DNA of 64,000 nt from Rotaria socialis. Taxonomy: Eukaryota. The position numbers were made by a program, and so were the translations under genes. The notes under the pieces were generated by a model that did no database searches, was not told where the DNA came from, and was given only the letters and a program-made list of their open reading frames with translations. Below, one piece after another: positions 27,901 through 41,367 of the stretch. The stretch spans positions 62,001 to 126,000 of the forward strand of contig CAJNYD010000065.1 of the NCBI GenBank assembly GCA_905331295.1. Direction: 5' to 3'. Position 1 is the first letter of the stretch. Every line of letters begins with the position of its first letter.

Positions 27901-30900
27901 TTTTTAAATAAAAAAAATCGTTTTAAATAAATAAAAATTGATAAGAGAATTATCACACCTGTTGGATCTATAACCAGACGTTTAATATCTGTAAAAAGAC
28001 ATTGTTCTGTTATATCATTTGGTGAAACATAATTTTCTCCAACAATGTCCAACTAAAAATTTCAATTTATTTCAAGTCGAACTTTTGTTTTATGTGTTGT
28101 TCTTACATTAAAAATTAATTTTCCATTTTCAATTGACATAAATTGAAGATAACCAGGTTTTCCACTATTCATAACAAGAGCTTGTTGACGTATAAATATA
28201 TTAATACCTTAAAATTAGAAAAAAAGTTTTCTTTTTGAAAATTAATTCGAAATAAAATATCAAACATATGCCTTGACAGACTCGTCAACAGAAATTGCAC
28301 GATCGATAGTTTATATTAGAAAAAAAGCGCAACGGATTAATTATTTAATTTAGAGATGTTTTTTAAACTATGTTCTTAGAAAAATTTTAAAAATTTGATG
28401 AAATTATTTTCATAGGTAAAATCCGCCAATTTTAATTAAAAATTTATTAATTGAAAAATATTCATGAAAAAAGAAACTAATAATAAATTTTATCAAGTTA
28501 TTAATTGAATCTCATATTCTGACTATTGATGATCTTATCTGAAATTCTGATTGATTCTGTATTCTCTATGAATTTCTTAGATTTTTTAAAAATTATTAAT
28601 CAAAAAGTAACAAAATTATTTTTACCAGCTGGTAATGAAGCTTGTTGAGGAAGAAACATATGATTTATTCCGGCAATCGTTTGTTGAATTGATAAATTAC
28701 TTCCAATTAAATGAAGAGCTAAACAGAAAGAAACGAAATAAAACCAAAATAAAATTCAAAATAAAATTCGACAAACAATTATCTGAATGAGTTGACACAT
28801 AAAATGTTTGATCATTTGAAGAAGTAATATGAATAATTGGTGAACCGAGTCTTGGTCGGAATGTTGGTTCACTTTTTCTATAAAACCATTTCACAAGTAC
28901 ACATTCATGACCACCAGATAATAAATATGAACCTAGATAAAATAAATATTCAAGAGTTTATTTTAATTATATTAAAAATAACAACCATCAAATGAAAATG
29001 TTAAACAAATAACAGGTAATGAATGCCAATGTAAATATGAAACCGTCGTTTCTTTTGTTGTCGAATTCACAAAATTATACCTTTTGATTAAAACGAATAA
29101 AAATAAAGATTATTAATTGAAAAAATTCAAACTAAAAATTCAAACCAAAGAGCAATTCTACCAGATTGTGTTCCTAAAGCAACACATTCTTGATTTGGAT
29201 GAATCTGTGCGCATGTTACTTTATCATGATATGATAAATTTTTTTTTGTTATTGGTAAACTTTTTATTTGATTATTTATTAGATTTAATAAGTAAATTAT
29301 TGTTCCATCGACATTGATAAATATAGATAATTCACCCTTGAAACATAGATATTCAAATTTTTATTTTTATAATAGAAAAATTACTTTTTGATCAAATGAA
29401 ATATTCGTTGGTAAACATGGAAGCTTATCAAATACTATGAGAGGCGAACAATTATGACGTATGGATTCAATTCGATAGAGAGAATAAACTTGAAAATATT
29501 TAAATAAAATATTTTTATTTTTATTTATTTATTTATTTATTTAATAAATTTTTACCATTTTTATTATTTTTAGAAAAAACAAATAAACCATTATTTGTTA
29601 TTGAATATAAATCAATTATTTCCAAATCAACTTTAATTGTCTAAATGAATTATTTTTTAAAAGTACAATTCGTAAAAATCTTTATAAAAAAAATTTGAAC
29701 TATTTTATACTTCATAATCGTAATATATTTTTTGATTAGATCAAAGACGAAATAATCTTATCTTTATTTTTTATCAAAGTAGATATTGTTTAGTTTTTGA
29801 AAAATATCGAACTATTCACAAATATGTAATCAAACTAAATTGAAAAATAAATTCTTTTTCTTTTTTTTGATCTTCTTCTAACAAGATTTCAAATTAGAAT
29901 CTTTATTATGAATAGATATGTGTGATATTAATCTATTATTTAAAAATATTTAGCAAACTTCTTAATTCGATTTTTTTTGTATTTTTTCATAATCAAGTTT
30001 TATAATTAAAATTCTTGAAAAGCGTTTAAGGCTAATTAGACTTTAATTTATGTTTATTTTATAAAAAAATTCTTGCTGATACTTTTCTACTGAGATGTTT
30101 TTTTCAAAAATTTATCGAAAAGAAAAAAAGATAAATTTTTATTTTTTTGAATAAAAACAAAAAAGCAAGTGAAATATGTTGATTCAAAATGATCATTGAA
30201 TAACTGAAAACTATAATCAATGATGCGTTATGTTTTCTTAGATACTATCAGCATTTTATTTTGTTTCCCAACAATTTAAATAGCTAACTGGTGAAAAATG
30301 CATTGATCAGTTTTAATTACTGAGATTTTTTCCATAAAGAACTGCAATAATAAATAGAAAATTTAATAATTAGAAGAAAATAATATTCGAAAAAAGTCAT
30401 TTTTTGTTTTTCATGCAATTCTTCAATAAAAATCTTAATCAAATTGAATTAAAAGCGCTCAAATAAGAAAAAAATGAATTGAAATTGAATTGAGAGATGT
30501 TTCAAAGTATTATTAAACAAATATCAATAACAAAATCAATACAAAACAAATTAAATTACGTTATGTAAAAATAATCTAATGAAAGAGCATTGCTAAGTTT
30601 CTATGATCTAATTGAAAATGATGAAAAAGAAAAACTTACATGAATAAGAATTCCATCTTCATAATCCCAAATATTGATAATTCCATTTTGTTCTCCAACA
30701 CATAACTAAAAAAGAAAGAACTATCAATCAATCTAAAAATAAAATAAACAAATACTTGAAGTCTATTATTTGGATTGATTGCAATCGATACGATTGTTTG
30801 TTGATCATTTGAATTTGTTGTTTGATTAATTAATCTTAAACATTCTCCTGTTTTAACAATCCAAACATAAACACATCCATCACCAATTGTAAATATATAT

Positions 30901-31043
30901 CTGAAATTTTTTTTTTTAAATTAAATTTCATTTCTTTTTGTTTTCATAAAGAAATCAAAAACTTACTTTGAATCTGATGATATTATTGGACGATATTTCA
31001 TTATTGTTCCTATACCAAATTGGCGAATGTTTAGTTTTTTCAT
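24946..31043 (-). CDS. WDR75: WD repeat protein WDR75/UTP17 (SSU processome); many short exons and several long AT-rich introns
   Basis: N-terminus RPIISSDSK/YIFTIGDGCVYVWIVKTGECL; LHWHSLPVICLTFSFD/GSYLLSGGHECVLVKW; RPRLGSPIIHI; NSGKPGYLQF; C-terminal TTPAYLLPS. These match WDR75 motifs. Confidence 0.85.
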
Positions 31044-31991
31044 TTTTTTATTTTCTTAATCAATCAATCTAAAAATAGAAAAATGTTTTAAATTATTCCT
31101 AATGAATCTTCTTTTAACTAAAGATAAAATCACGAAATATTGAGCATTGAAAGAAAATTATTTATTTAATCAATTCTAAATAAAACAAAATCATACCGTT
31201 GTAAATTATTTCTTTTCTTTTCCTTTTTTTGTTTTTTTTTTATAAATTATTGATAACATCAATCTTATAATAGCTGCTGTTCATTCTAAAATTTGAATTT
31301 TATTCGTTCGAACTGTATATCATAGAAAATAGGATGAAATCAATATTTATCTAAATGACTACTCATAATAGTCAACACATGAATAAAATCAAATTTAACT
31401 ATTTTCATTGAAAAAAGAAAATAATTCTTTTCTTCGAAGCTTCTCTGTTTTTTTCTATAGAAATAGATAATCCAGCAAGATTTCGTTCGAATTAAAATTT
31501 CAAAAGAAATGAAATGTTAATAATAAAAATTTCTTCATAATTAAATTCAATTAAAAAATGTTTAAACCATTTGCGAACATTTTCAAGAAAAAGATTCTAT
31601 CATGAACCATTTCGTTAGACATATTCATCTCTCGATTTTCCTTCAAGTTTTTTAAAGTTTTAAACATTTTCTTTTGTCGTTGAAGTGGAGAAAATTATCT
31701 TTCTTGATTTCATTGTAACTATAGATAAAATTATAGAATAATTTAATATTATTGTAATTATAAAATGAAAGAATAAATAGTTGTATCCAAATCATTGTGT
31801 ATATATTTTTATTTTTTTTAATTTTTTTTCTAAAATGTCTGAAAAATAAAATAAAGTAAATATTAATGAAATGTATCTTTTTCTACTGGTTGCTGTTATT
31901 TTTAGTCTATATTTGTTAAAGAAAATTCAATGAAGAAAAAAAGAAAACTTTCTAATCAAGGAGGAATGTCTTCAATTGTTATTGATAAGGA

Positions 31992-33027
31992 TTAACTATT
32001 TAATGATCGTTGTTGCGAAGCAATTTGTCTAAGTTGATTAATACATGATTGTAAAGTATCTTTTTCTTGTTTATCTGTAATCGATTTTTTAACTTCACTT
32101 GTAATCCAATTAATCATATTCGTTCTTTCAAAATCTTTTCTTGCATTTTGTAAAGCAACTTGATAATCTAGACGACGTTTAACAGATTCATATAATTGTT
32201 TCATTCGTTCTCTATAGGATGTTTCTAAACCCATATTAATTATATCTTTTCGTGCTTCAGCTAGTGCTCCAATACTTTTAGCACGTTCTAAAGATTCTTC
32301 ATAAGAATGCAACATTTTTCCAGCCATTGCTTTTGAATTATTAACAACTGAATTATATCGACCAACTTCATCTTGATGCCAACCTCGAAAAGCATCACTA
32401 ATCGATGGACCAAGTCTACAACGAATGAATTCAAGAAAAAAATAAAATTATATGAAGAGATATTTTTCGGTTACTTTTTAACGACAGTAATAACAGCTGC
32501 AGCCAATATAAGATATTCAGTAAAATCATACCATAAAACAATATATTCTTTACTAAATCCATAGACAAGTAAACCATAGAAAAACATATATGGTCCAGTA
32601 ACACCAGTTTTTTCATAAAAAAATTTAAACCATGATTCAGGTACACAATACCAACGAACTGGATTTGGTGCTTCACGAAGTTTATATGGAGGATAGTTTA
32701 CCAAATCGCGTTCAGGCCATTGATCATGGGGCCATAATCGTTTTCCATTAAATTCTGTTCGCCATTTTACTGATGATAAATCTTTTAATGAATCTTCAAC
32801 TCGCAACACTTTTTCATTTTTTTCTTCAGCAACACATGATTGATCATCTAAACAATATTGATGTACATATATATATATTTTCAATCGAATCAATATCAAT
32901 ATTCACTAGTTTTCGATTTGAATGGAGCACTTTGAAAATATGTATTTGAAATTGAGAATGGCCGAAATCCGATTATTGATGGTGAAATACGGTTAGACAC
33001 AAGAGAAAGAGCGAATTTGTTCATCAT
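31992..33027 (-). CDS. ATP5PB: Mitochondrial ATP synthase peripheral stalk subunit b; exons 33027-32907, 32847-32475, 32415-31992
   Basis: PERDLVNYP..PVRWYCVPESWFKFFYEKTGVTGPY..YGFSKE and VKRRLDYQVALQN..MINWI..QEKDTLQSCI. The spliced frame is continuous. Confidence 0.93.
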
Positions 33028-34907
33028 CTAGAATGAAGAATCTTAATCAATATTCATTCTCTAGTTTATTTGTACATTTTTCTATTAAGAAATAAACAAA
33101 AATAAATAAGCGACGAAAGCGACCTCTTCTATTTGCCGATGTTACGATTTCATTAATAATGATTATCATTTGAACATTCAATTTTTTCTTCTTCTAATTA
33201 ACATATTCTTTTTATATTTTGAAAATTTATTTCATGTCCCAGAAAAAAAAAATTAAAGATTGGTCAAATACGAGCCAATTATATATTTAATGAATGGTGA
33301 GTAGAGTAGACAGTTTATCTATGCACGTTTTTGTGTCATAATCAGAATGTATCAAAACATAGAACAACGATTTTGATTTGTTAATAATTCATGAAGAACA
33401 AGTAAAACAAAACGATTTTGTTTTGTGTATTTGAATATGAACAATATTTTTGCTTTTATTTCATTATCAATAACAGACTGAAGAATTACACGCCAAAAGT
33501 AAATTAGGTTTTGGCAAATGGTTGAAATAATTTCATTTAATATTTTTTATACTTTAAAATTCATTGAAATATTTTTGAAAGAATTACTTTATTTTTTAGA
33601 CGAAGATTTAAAATAACATTTATAAAATGAATCGGTGATGTCAGCTAGGATTTATTTCTGCTCGGTTCATTTTTCTTTAGAAACATATAGGTTAGATAGA
33701 GTAATTGAAGAACATTATATAGAATCAATTATCACCTCGATTGTTTTTTTTCATATTGCTAATCAATTTCGAATTCTGTTGATAATCTATTTCTCGGTTC
33801 ACTAATATACATCGTCTAACACAAATAGATTCTTAAAATCTATTTTTGAATGTTTACGTACATGTAATTTCTTCTATAGTATATAAATTATCAGTCGATA
33901 TTGAAATTTAAAATTTAAATTGATAAATCAGCTGAGTTCGAATGAATTATATGACTGAGTATATTTCGTAATTCAAGATTAAATTATCGGGTGGCGACGA
34001 TGATTTCTTACTTTTTCCTTGGCACATTATTTGAATATGTCCAACACTTGATCTTTCTGGTTGAATACCTCTTGAGATTTTTGAAAGTCTAATTCGATCA
34101 GCTTGAAGCCACGGAAGGTCTTTGCGTAGAAGATGGAGTATTTTAAATCGTTTGAAAGTGGACTATAAACGGACTTGTGTTTTTAAGGATGGTAGTTCAG
34201 AGGCGATTCGGTTTAGTTGTAGTGCTCTAAATGTCGTTCAGGTGTTGTTGGATCATTCACGAAAATGTCATCGATCTGGCTATGCATGATTGTCTCTACA
34301 TTTGATATAGTTGTTGGTCATTGCTATATATGTTATACGCCTCATGAATGAAATTTGGTTTACTTATAGACTATGATTTTCTATGTTATTGTTTTTGTCA
34401 ATAATATGCTTTTCTGAATACAATTAACTTAGATTTACATTGCAAAAAAATGAATATTGTTGCACAGTGACTAAGCACAAGATAATCAATTGCCTTTTAA
34501 CATATTAATAAATTATTGCTAATAATTTGATTTGTACCGTAAATGGTTTACATTGCATGAAAGAGTTGAAAAAGAAAGAAGAAAAGAAGATCATACCATC
34601 CTAAAAATAAGAGACCAGAAAAGATTCTTCAACTGACAATAGAATGAAAAAGAAAATTCAGTGTTACGTATTTGTTTAGATCTATCTATACATTAGGTAT
34701 TTGTGATGAAAACTAAAACGGTGGGCTCATCAATTATTTGACAGAAAAGAAAATCAATTGGAATGGTTTAATATGAACCAATTATAAATGAAATGAGTCA
34801 TGAAATCTGACTAAAAACAGAGTGATTCATTTCTTTTTAATGAGACATTACTCAACAAATAGAAAGTAATATTATAGATTTCAAATTTAAGAATATTGTG
34901 TTTTATC

Positions 34908-35699
34908 ATGTTATCATTTATACGTAAACGGTTTCCATCTAAAGATCGAAGTAATGAGCATCTTCAAAATATGAAATCACATTATATTCACCATGAATAT
35001 CAGGTATATTCAAAGCAAACTATATGTTGAAATCAAAAATATTTTTATCAATACTAAAGTTTTCATAAATTTAAAGGATTTATTTTTTCTGTTTCATTTT
35101 AAAAGAATGATGATCAATTGAGAAAAAGTCAATCTACAAACGATATCAATGTTAATAGTAATGTAAAGAAGAAAAAGAAGAAGAAAAATAAAAAGGACAA
35201 AGAGAGATGCTCATCAACTGTGGATGCATTGAATGTTAGTTCAAATGTTTCACCGATGGATAATCTAATCAATAGATCGTATTCGGATGTTGATTATTTT
35301 CCAATGATGCCTGGACGTCTGTTTCAATCGATGAATCGTGACAAAAAGTTGACAAGTCTTGGTAAAATAAATTCCATGAATTACCTCTGTCTTTCAATTA
35401 CAATTGTTTTTGCCTATTTGATAGATTCATCATCAGATCCTTATTTGAATTCATCGGAAATAATGGAACCAACAAATGTTAATACTTACAGGAAAGTTTC
35501 ACAAATAAAAACGCAAACATTTGAAATTTCAGTTATCGATTGCCGACAAGCTCATCAGATACCTAATTATAAAGATGTTGATTATCAACGAACTAAAGCT
35601 CTTAGAGGAGTAACTGAAGAACTTACAAAAAAAAAGGTTATTTTTGTTATAAGATTTTGATGTAAAAGGATAGTTTTTCTTTTCTTCTAGATAAATTAA
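34908..35699 (+). CDS. Hypothetical protein with a Lys-rich NLS-like tract; exons 34908-35003, 35106-35361, ~35425-35636, 35691-35699
   Basis: Phase-compatible GT-AG introns give a continuous ORF (MLSFIRKRFPSKD..KKKKKKKNKKDKE..RTKALRGVTEELTKK). No family recognised. Confidence 0.55.
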
Positions 35700-37536
35700 A
35701 TCAAATTTCTAACGAGTACCATAATACCATGACAACAATATAATATTCAAGTATTATTTTATTTCATATTTGAGTTTTTCTCTTATTGTTATAGTATTCA
35801 TTTTTACTACTATTATAAAATTTTCTATTTTTTAATAAATAATTACAGGTAAATCTAACCAGAGACAATGAAACATAAATATTAATACGATTTATAAAAA
35901 AAACTGTTTCCATCGAATTTTATATAATTTAATCTGATTCTATGTAAATATTATAATAATCTATTTGGTTAGTATCTAATTTTTCAATCGAAGTATTTCG
36001 AATGAAGCACGATTCAATTTTATATCAAGATATATCTCATTTTCTTCGATTAGATTTTTCTAAATAACTTCATTTTTATATCAAATTTATTAAAAAATAA
36101 TAAATTAATTAAATAAACGAATAAAAATTATCGTTAAGTAGTTAGAAAAAATATTATCTTAAATATAATCGAGCAAGCAAAGAAATAATATTCATAAATA
36201 GGAAAATAAAGCAGTTTCTTTTCATTTATATGAAATATCTATATTCTACTTGATCTTGCTATGTACAATAATTGTAATCAATATAATTTATCTCCTCTTC
36301 ATCGATTGAGTAAGATCTCAAATTGTTTTTTTAAGAACTCAATCGAAATTTAAGTTCATGAAGAGAAAGATGAATTGTAAGCAAAGTTTTGAAAAAAAAA
36401 GATTCACGTCTTGCTAGTTCACACAAAAATGTATAAAAATTTTGAAAATTTAAATATTAAAACTAATCCGTTAAGAAAAAAAGCAAACATATATCGACTA
36501 TTTTATTTATTATTATTATTCTTTGTATTTATGAATATGTTACTGTATTGAGTAGTAAATATTGCTGATGAAAATTTTATAACTAAATTTTCTATAATTT
36601 CTTTATTTTATTTTGCGACACATTTTAGATTTATTGACTTGATTGATCAAGTTTAATTATTAAAATGAAATTGTTTAATAAAGATCTTGAAATATCAAAT
36701 GAATTTATATTCACATTGTAGTAAATTTGTTGCTGTTGCTGAAGATGAAAATTGTATTATTAATCATTGTGTGAGAAACAAAAGTTTACAAAAAAAGATA
36801 ATTACATTTATATTTGTCAAGTATTTTTCTAGTGTTAGTTTGACACAGAGATCGTATCAGTGTATTTAATTTTAGTTTTGAAGAGTATGTTATAAAACAA
36901 ACATGATTTTCCTATTTTGGTGAATTTAATATTATTCGATATGAAGAAATTTACTGGAAAAACTATCAAATAATTACTCATAATTGAGTACATGAATACG
37001 AAATTAATAACATGAACTCTAATTCAATCTCATTCAATATTTTTCTTTTTCAGACAAAGATTTGATCGAAACTTACTGGACGGCTTCGTTAACAGCAACT
37101 TTGAAAAGTTTTGCGGCTGTTTATATTTAAATGCAGATGTTTTTGACTTATAGATCTTATTATCATTACATTTTTATATGCCAAAGCCAATAGTATTTCT
37201 CTTCGAATGAGTTTTATTTTTCATTTTTATTGATTAATACGGAGAAGCTTCGATTGAATGTATCTTTGAAATACATATGTAAATTTTGATCCATCATTCC
37301 ATTCGTATTCGACTTTTATTAGTTCAATAATAGTAGTTTCTTGAATATGGCGATCTAATGACGGTTGGAATCAACATTTCCGTATTTCTTTTAATAATCT
37401 AACGTGAGCAATGAGCTCACCGATATCATTTTTCTTTTCGTCTTTGAAATAGATTTGTGTAACCGTATCGTTGCATATAGAGTAGTGAAATGTGGACAAC
37501 GGCAGGTCATATTACCATGATAAAAATAAGATAATA

Positions 37537-38468
37537 TCGGGTTCCCAGGAATAGTGAGCCTCTCAGTATTTTACCAATATCTCCGTCATTTTTCGTCGCA
37601 CAGATTTAACTCTTTTCACCAAAAGATTCCTCGTTCAGTTCTCCACAAACCCGTATAAAACGTTTTAATGTAAAAAGGTACCGTGAAAAATTCTAGGCTA
37701 CAGACTACAAGACACCAAAATGATGAGTTTTGTAACTGCGTTTTTTTCAAAAAATAATTATCTTTTATCTATGATTTGGCAGGCGCCTAGTTGTGCTCGT
37801 CCTTGCTTTTCAATATTTTCAAATGTCTTCGTTCTCATGATCTTTAATGTAGGTCGTTTGAACAGGATAGTACTATACAAATGGTCATATTTCTTACAAA
37901 ATAACGTGAAATCGTCGAAATTCGTTTTATCAAGCCACATTTTTATACAAAGCAAAGAATATATACAGGCCATTGCATAGGCTTGGTAGGCTAATCATTT
38001 GCCCTAAAATGAGCAACAATAATTTAGCATAAAACGTTAGTTTAGGAAATAGGCGTCGAAATTTTCCGAAGTAACGCCAAAGCCCTGCCGAAAAATTCGA
38101 AATATGTGGAAAAGAAATAGCTTGGCTGTATGAGAACTAAAGTGTCGAATGGAATTTTTAATTCCCATCAAGAAAGAGTTTTTCTAGGGCTACACAATCA
38201 CTCATTCAGTTTTTCTGTATACCACACATCTCACCACCGCTAAGATAATAAAAATTGGCAAAACAAATTTGCAAAATCCGTCATTTTGGTGTCTTGTAGT
38301 CTGTAGCCTAGAATTTTTCACGGTTTCTTTTTACATTAAAACGTTTTATACGGTTTTGTAGAGAACTGAACGAGGCATCTTTTGGTGAAAAGAGTTAAAT
38401 CTGTGCGATGAAAACTGACGGAGATATTGGTAAAATACTGAGAGGCTCATTATTCCTGGGACACCCGA
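37537..38468. mobile_element. Non-autonomous Tc1/mariner-like element (~930 bp) with ~200 bp TIRs and TA TSD
   Basis: 37537-~37735 is a near-perfect reverse complement of ~38270-38468 (TCGGGTTCCCAGGAATAGTGAGCCTCTCAG / CTGAGAGGCTCATTATTCCTGGGACACCCGA). TA lies at 37535-36 and 38469-70. Confidence 0.88.
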
Positions 38469-39359
38469 TAGTTTCTCTGTTTTATACTGATTAAGTTCAT
38501 TTTTATATTCAAAATTAACATTAAGTTCGGCTTCATGATATTCACACTCTGTTTCTGATGATACTTGTCATATGTCTATCAATACAAAGGATAAAGTTCG
38601 ACGAGTATCCAATCCAACAGCACCACCATTGATTACAAGCGGTATACCGAAGAGCACATACCAACGAAACCTTAGCGTAAGACGATATTGGACGCTAAAG
38701 TGTCTCCACAATAATCTAGTCAACAAAAACAGCAAATTCATTCCATCAATTTTGCCTTGATTGGCAATGGGGTCGACTTGGTTTAATGACAAAATAGGCA
38801 AATTAGAATTAGGAATTGTAGTTTCACTGCTATCCAAAATTTTCACTAGCGATGATGAAAGTAGAATCTGAGCTATTTTACACATCAATACGAGAGAAGT
38901 AAAAGTCAAACGATAAGAAATGATTTTTCTTCAAATGTTTTCCGCTCATTCACACTATCGAATTTAATCATATATACGATACGTAGGATATCTTAGGTCA
39001 AGATTCAAGAATTTTTTCAAAAGATTCTCTCTGATAGTGGACCAAGATAGAGTTGTACGAGCTCCATCTAACTCACATTCTTTTAACCCTAATTACTGGA
39101 ACTATTGTAGAAAAAAAATAAGAATAACGCAAAAAATAAATACCCGACACAAGTCATAACATATGAGCTATTAAGCAGAATTTGGTTTTATTTTTTCGCG
39201 TAGATTGTGTCGACTGAAAAGCGATGAAAACGATAGTTTTTCTAATTGGTGGCTAGATAAAGCAGCTATGACTAATATAATTCTTTCTTTTCAAAGTAAG
39301 AATAGGAATCTTTTTTAAATAAAATTCTTGATATACTTGTGATTTATTAAGAAAGAAAA

Positions 39360-40431
39360 ATGCTAAAAATTCGATATTGTTCAAATCTAACAGCTCGTTA
39401 TCAATCAACATCATCTGTATTATCTCGAAGTCATTTAACCAACGACGAAATTCGTGCTCATCGTCTTCGAATATTCAACAATGAACGTCAAATTCAAATG
39501 GAACGCATTCGTCGAGTAGAAAAAATCGAAGTTGATGTTCATGATCCAATTGAATCAAAAAAATTGTTAATGAATAAAAATTTATCAACTCCATATCATT
39601 GTGCTCAACATTTATCATCAATTTTAGTTGATCGATCTTGTTTAGCTCTAATTGATGATCAACATATATGGGATATGAATCGTCCATTAGACCGTGATTG
39701 TACATTAAAATTTCTTCATTTCATGGAAGATCAATGTGAAGAACAAAACCGGGCATATTGGAGAACATGCTCATTTATCATTGGATATATACTAGAAACA
39801 GCTTTTAAATCAAATTATAATGTTGAACTTTGTTCATTTCCACCACCACAATTTCAATTTGGTTCATTTGCTTATGATGCAAAACTTAATTTAGGTAAAT
39901 AATAAAAATGATTAGTTGAATAGAAACATATTTTTATAATTAGGAGATTGGAAGCCTAATCGAGATGATCTTCGCTGCTTATCAATTCAGGCATATAAAT
40001 TGCGTGATCTTGATCTTCGTTTTGAATGTTTAAATATAAATGAATCAGTTGCCCAAGAAATGTTTGCATATGATAGATTTAAACTTGCTCAAATTCCTCA
40101 TATGCTTCGTTTAATATCACCAAATGATAATCAAACTCGTTTAACTGTTTATAAAATGGGTGATTGCCATGTTGATATAACTCGTGGGCCATTAGTATCG
40201 TCAACAAAACAAATAGGAAGATTTGAATTTAGTTCTATTCATAACATTGATGTTCCATCTTACAATGAACAAATGCAACGTATTCAAGCACTTTCAATAC
40301 CAAATCAACTTCATTTACATTATTGGACATTTGATTATTTATTAGAACGAGCAAAAAAGTTAAATCGAGCATCAATACCAACTTTAGCCAAACTAAAAAC
40401 ATCAGAAAATAAAACAGAAAATTCTCAATAG
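39360..40431 (+). CDS. MRPL39: Mitochondrial ribosomal protein mL39 (threonyl-tRNA-synthetase-like); exons 39360-39894, 39944-40431
   Basis: RVEKIEV..MNKNLSTPYHCAQHL..WDMNRPL..C.LKFLHF..NRAYWRTCS, HVDITRGPL, RIQALSIP..LHYWTFDYLLERA. Confidence 0.92.
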
Positions 40432-41367
40432 TTTTTATTGTTTAACTAAAAGCACGCTTTTTTTCTATTTGTTTCGAATTGAACTTGAAATTGTTTTCGA
40501 TTTTGAACAACTGGAATATTTTCTTGTTTTTTTGTTATTTGTTTAGTGAACTAAGAAAAAAACAATTTCTGATTTAAAGATCAAATAACTTTTTTCCTCC
40601 TGATTGATTCTTTCGCTATGATTTGAATTGATAATATCAATCTCAAATGAATGCATAAAAAGGTAAATTATTCTTAGTCATTATATAAAATTAATATGCA
40701 GATAGAAATCATTTAATTACTTGTTGAATATGTAGTTCGTTGAAAAGAAACTTTTATCAAATAGAATAATCTTAAAAAAATTAATTTTCATAATAATTCT
40801 CCAAATTCATAATAGAAAAAGGAAGTTTCGTTTTGAGGTTTCATATCGATTGACAATCGTCGACGATGGAGTTGTTTTACATGAAAAAAGTAGATAATTA
40901 TCTCTTCTTCATTATTGGCCTTCGATCATTTTCTATATTCTTTTTTCAACCTTAATAGAGAAAAAGAAAACGACGAAATTACGAAAAAGAAACACAAGTT
41001 TTTTAATATTATTTCTTTTTTTCTCGTTTTCATATATGCTATCGGTTGACCATACCATGTACAAATTGATTTTAATTCTCATTTGAAGCTTTTTCTTTCT
41101 TTTCTTTTATGTTATGCAAACAAAATTATCGATGAAATAAAAAAATTTTGTTTTCAAATAATAAACTTTCTAGTTGTTATATGTAGAATACAATTCAGGA
41201 ATTATTCATTCTTGACTATATTCAGGTAAATGAAGTCTTTTAAAATTCGTTATCATTAGAAATGTCAAGGAAACTTTAAATTGATTAATTAAGACGATTC
41301 CATTCTTTTAAATAAAATAAATCCTTTTTATTTTTATTTTTATTTTACTAAATTAAGGTAAAGATTA

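Noticed and set aside
25500..30600. Intronic snoRNAs in WDR75 introns
   Set aside because: I saw no convincing box C/D pair with a terminal stem, or H/ACA structure, on the sense strand; a covariance-model search would be needed.
33980..34345. GC-richer, coding-like minus-strand stretch
   Set aside because: The frames I translated contain stops and no recognisable motif, so it cannot be assigned.
37720..37980. ORFs inside the long-TIR element as a transposase
   Set aside because: They are short and lack HTH or DDE/D motifs; the element is non-autonomous.
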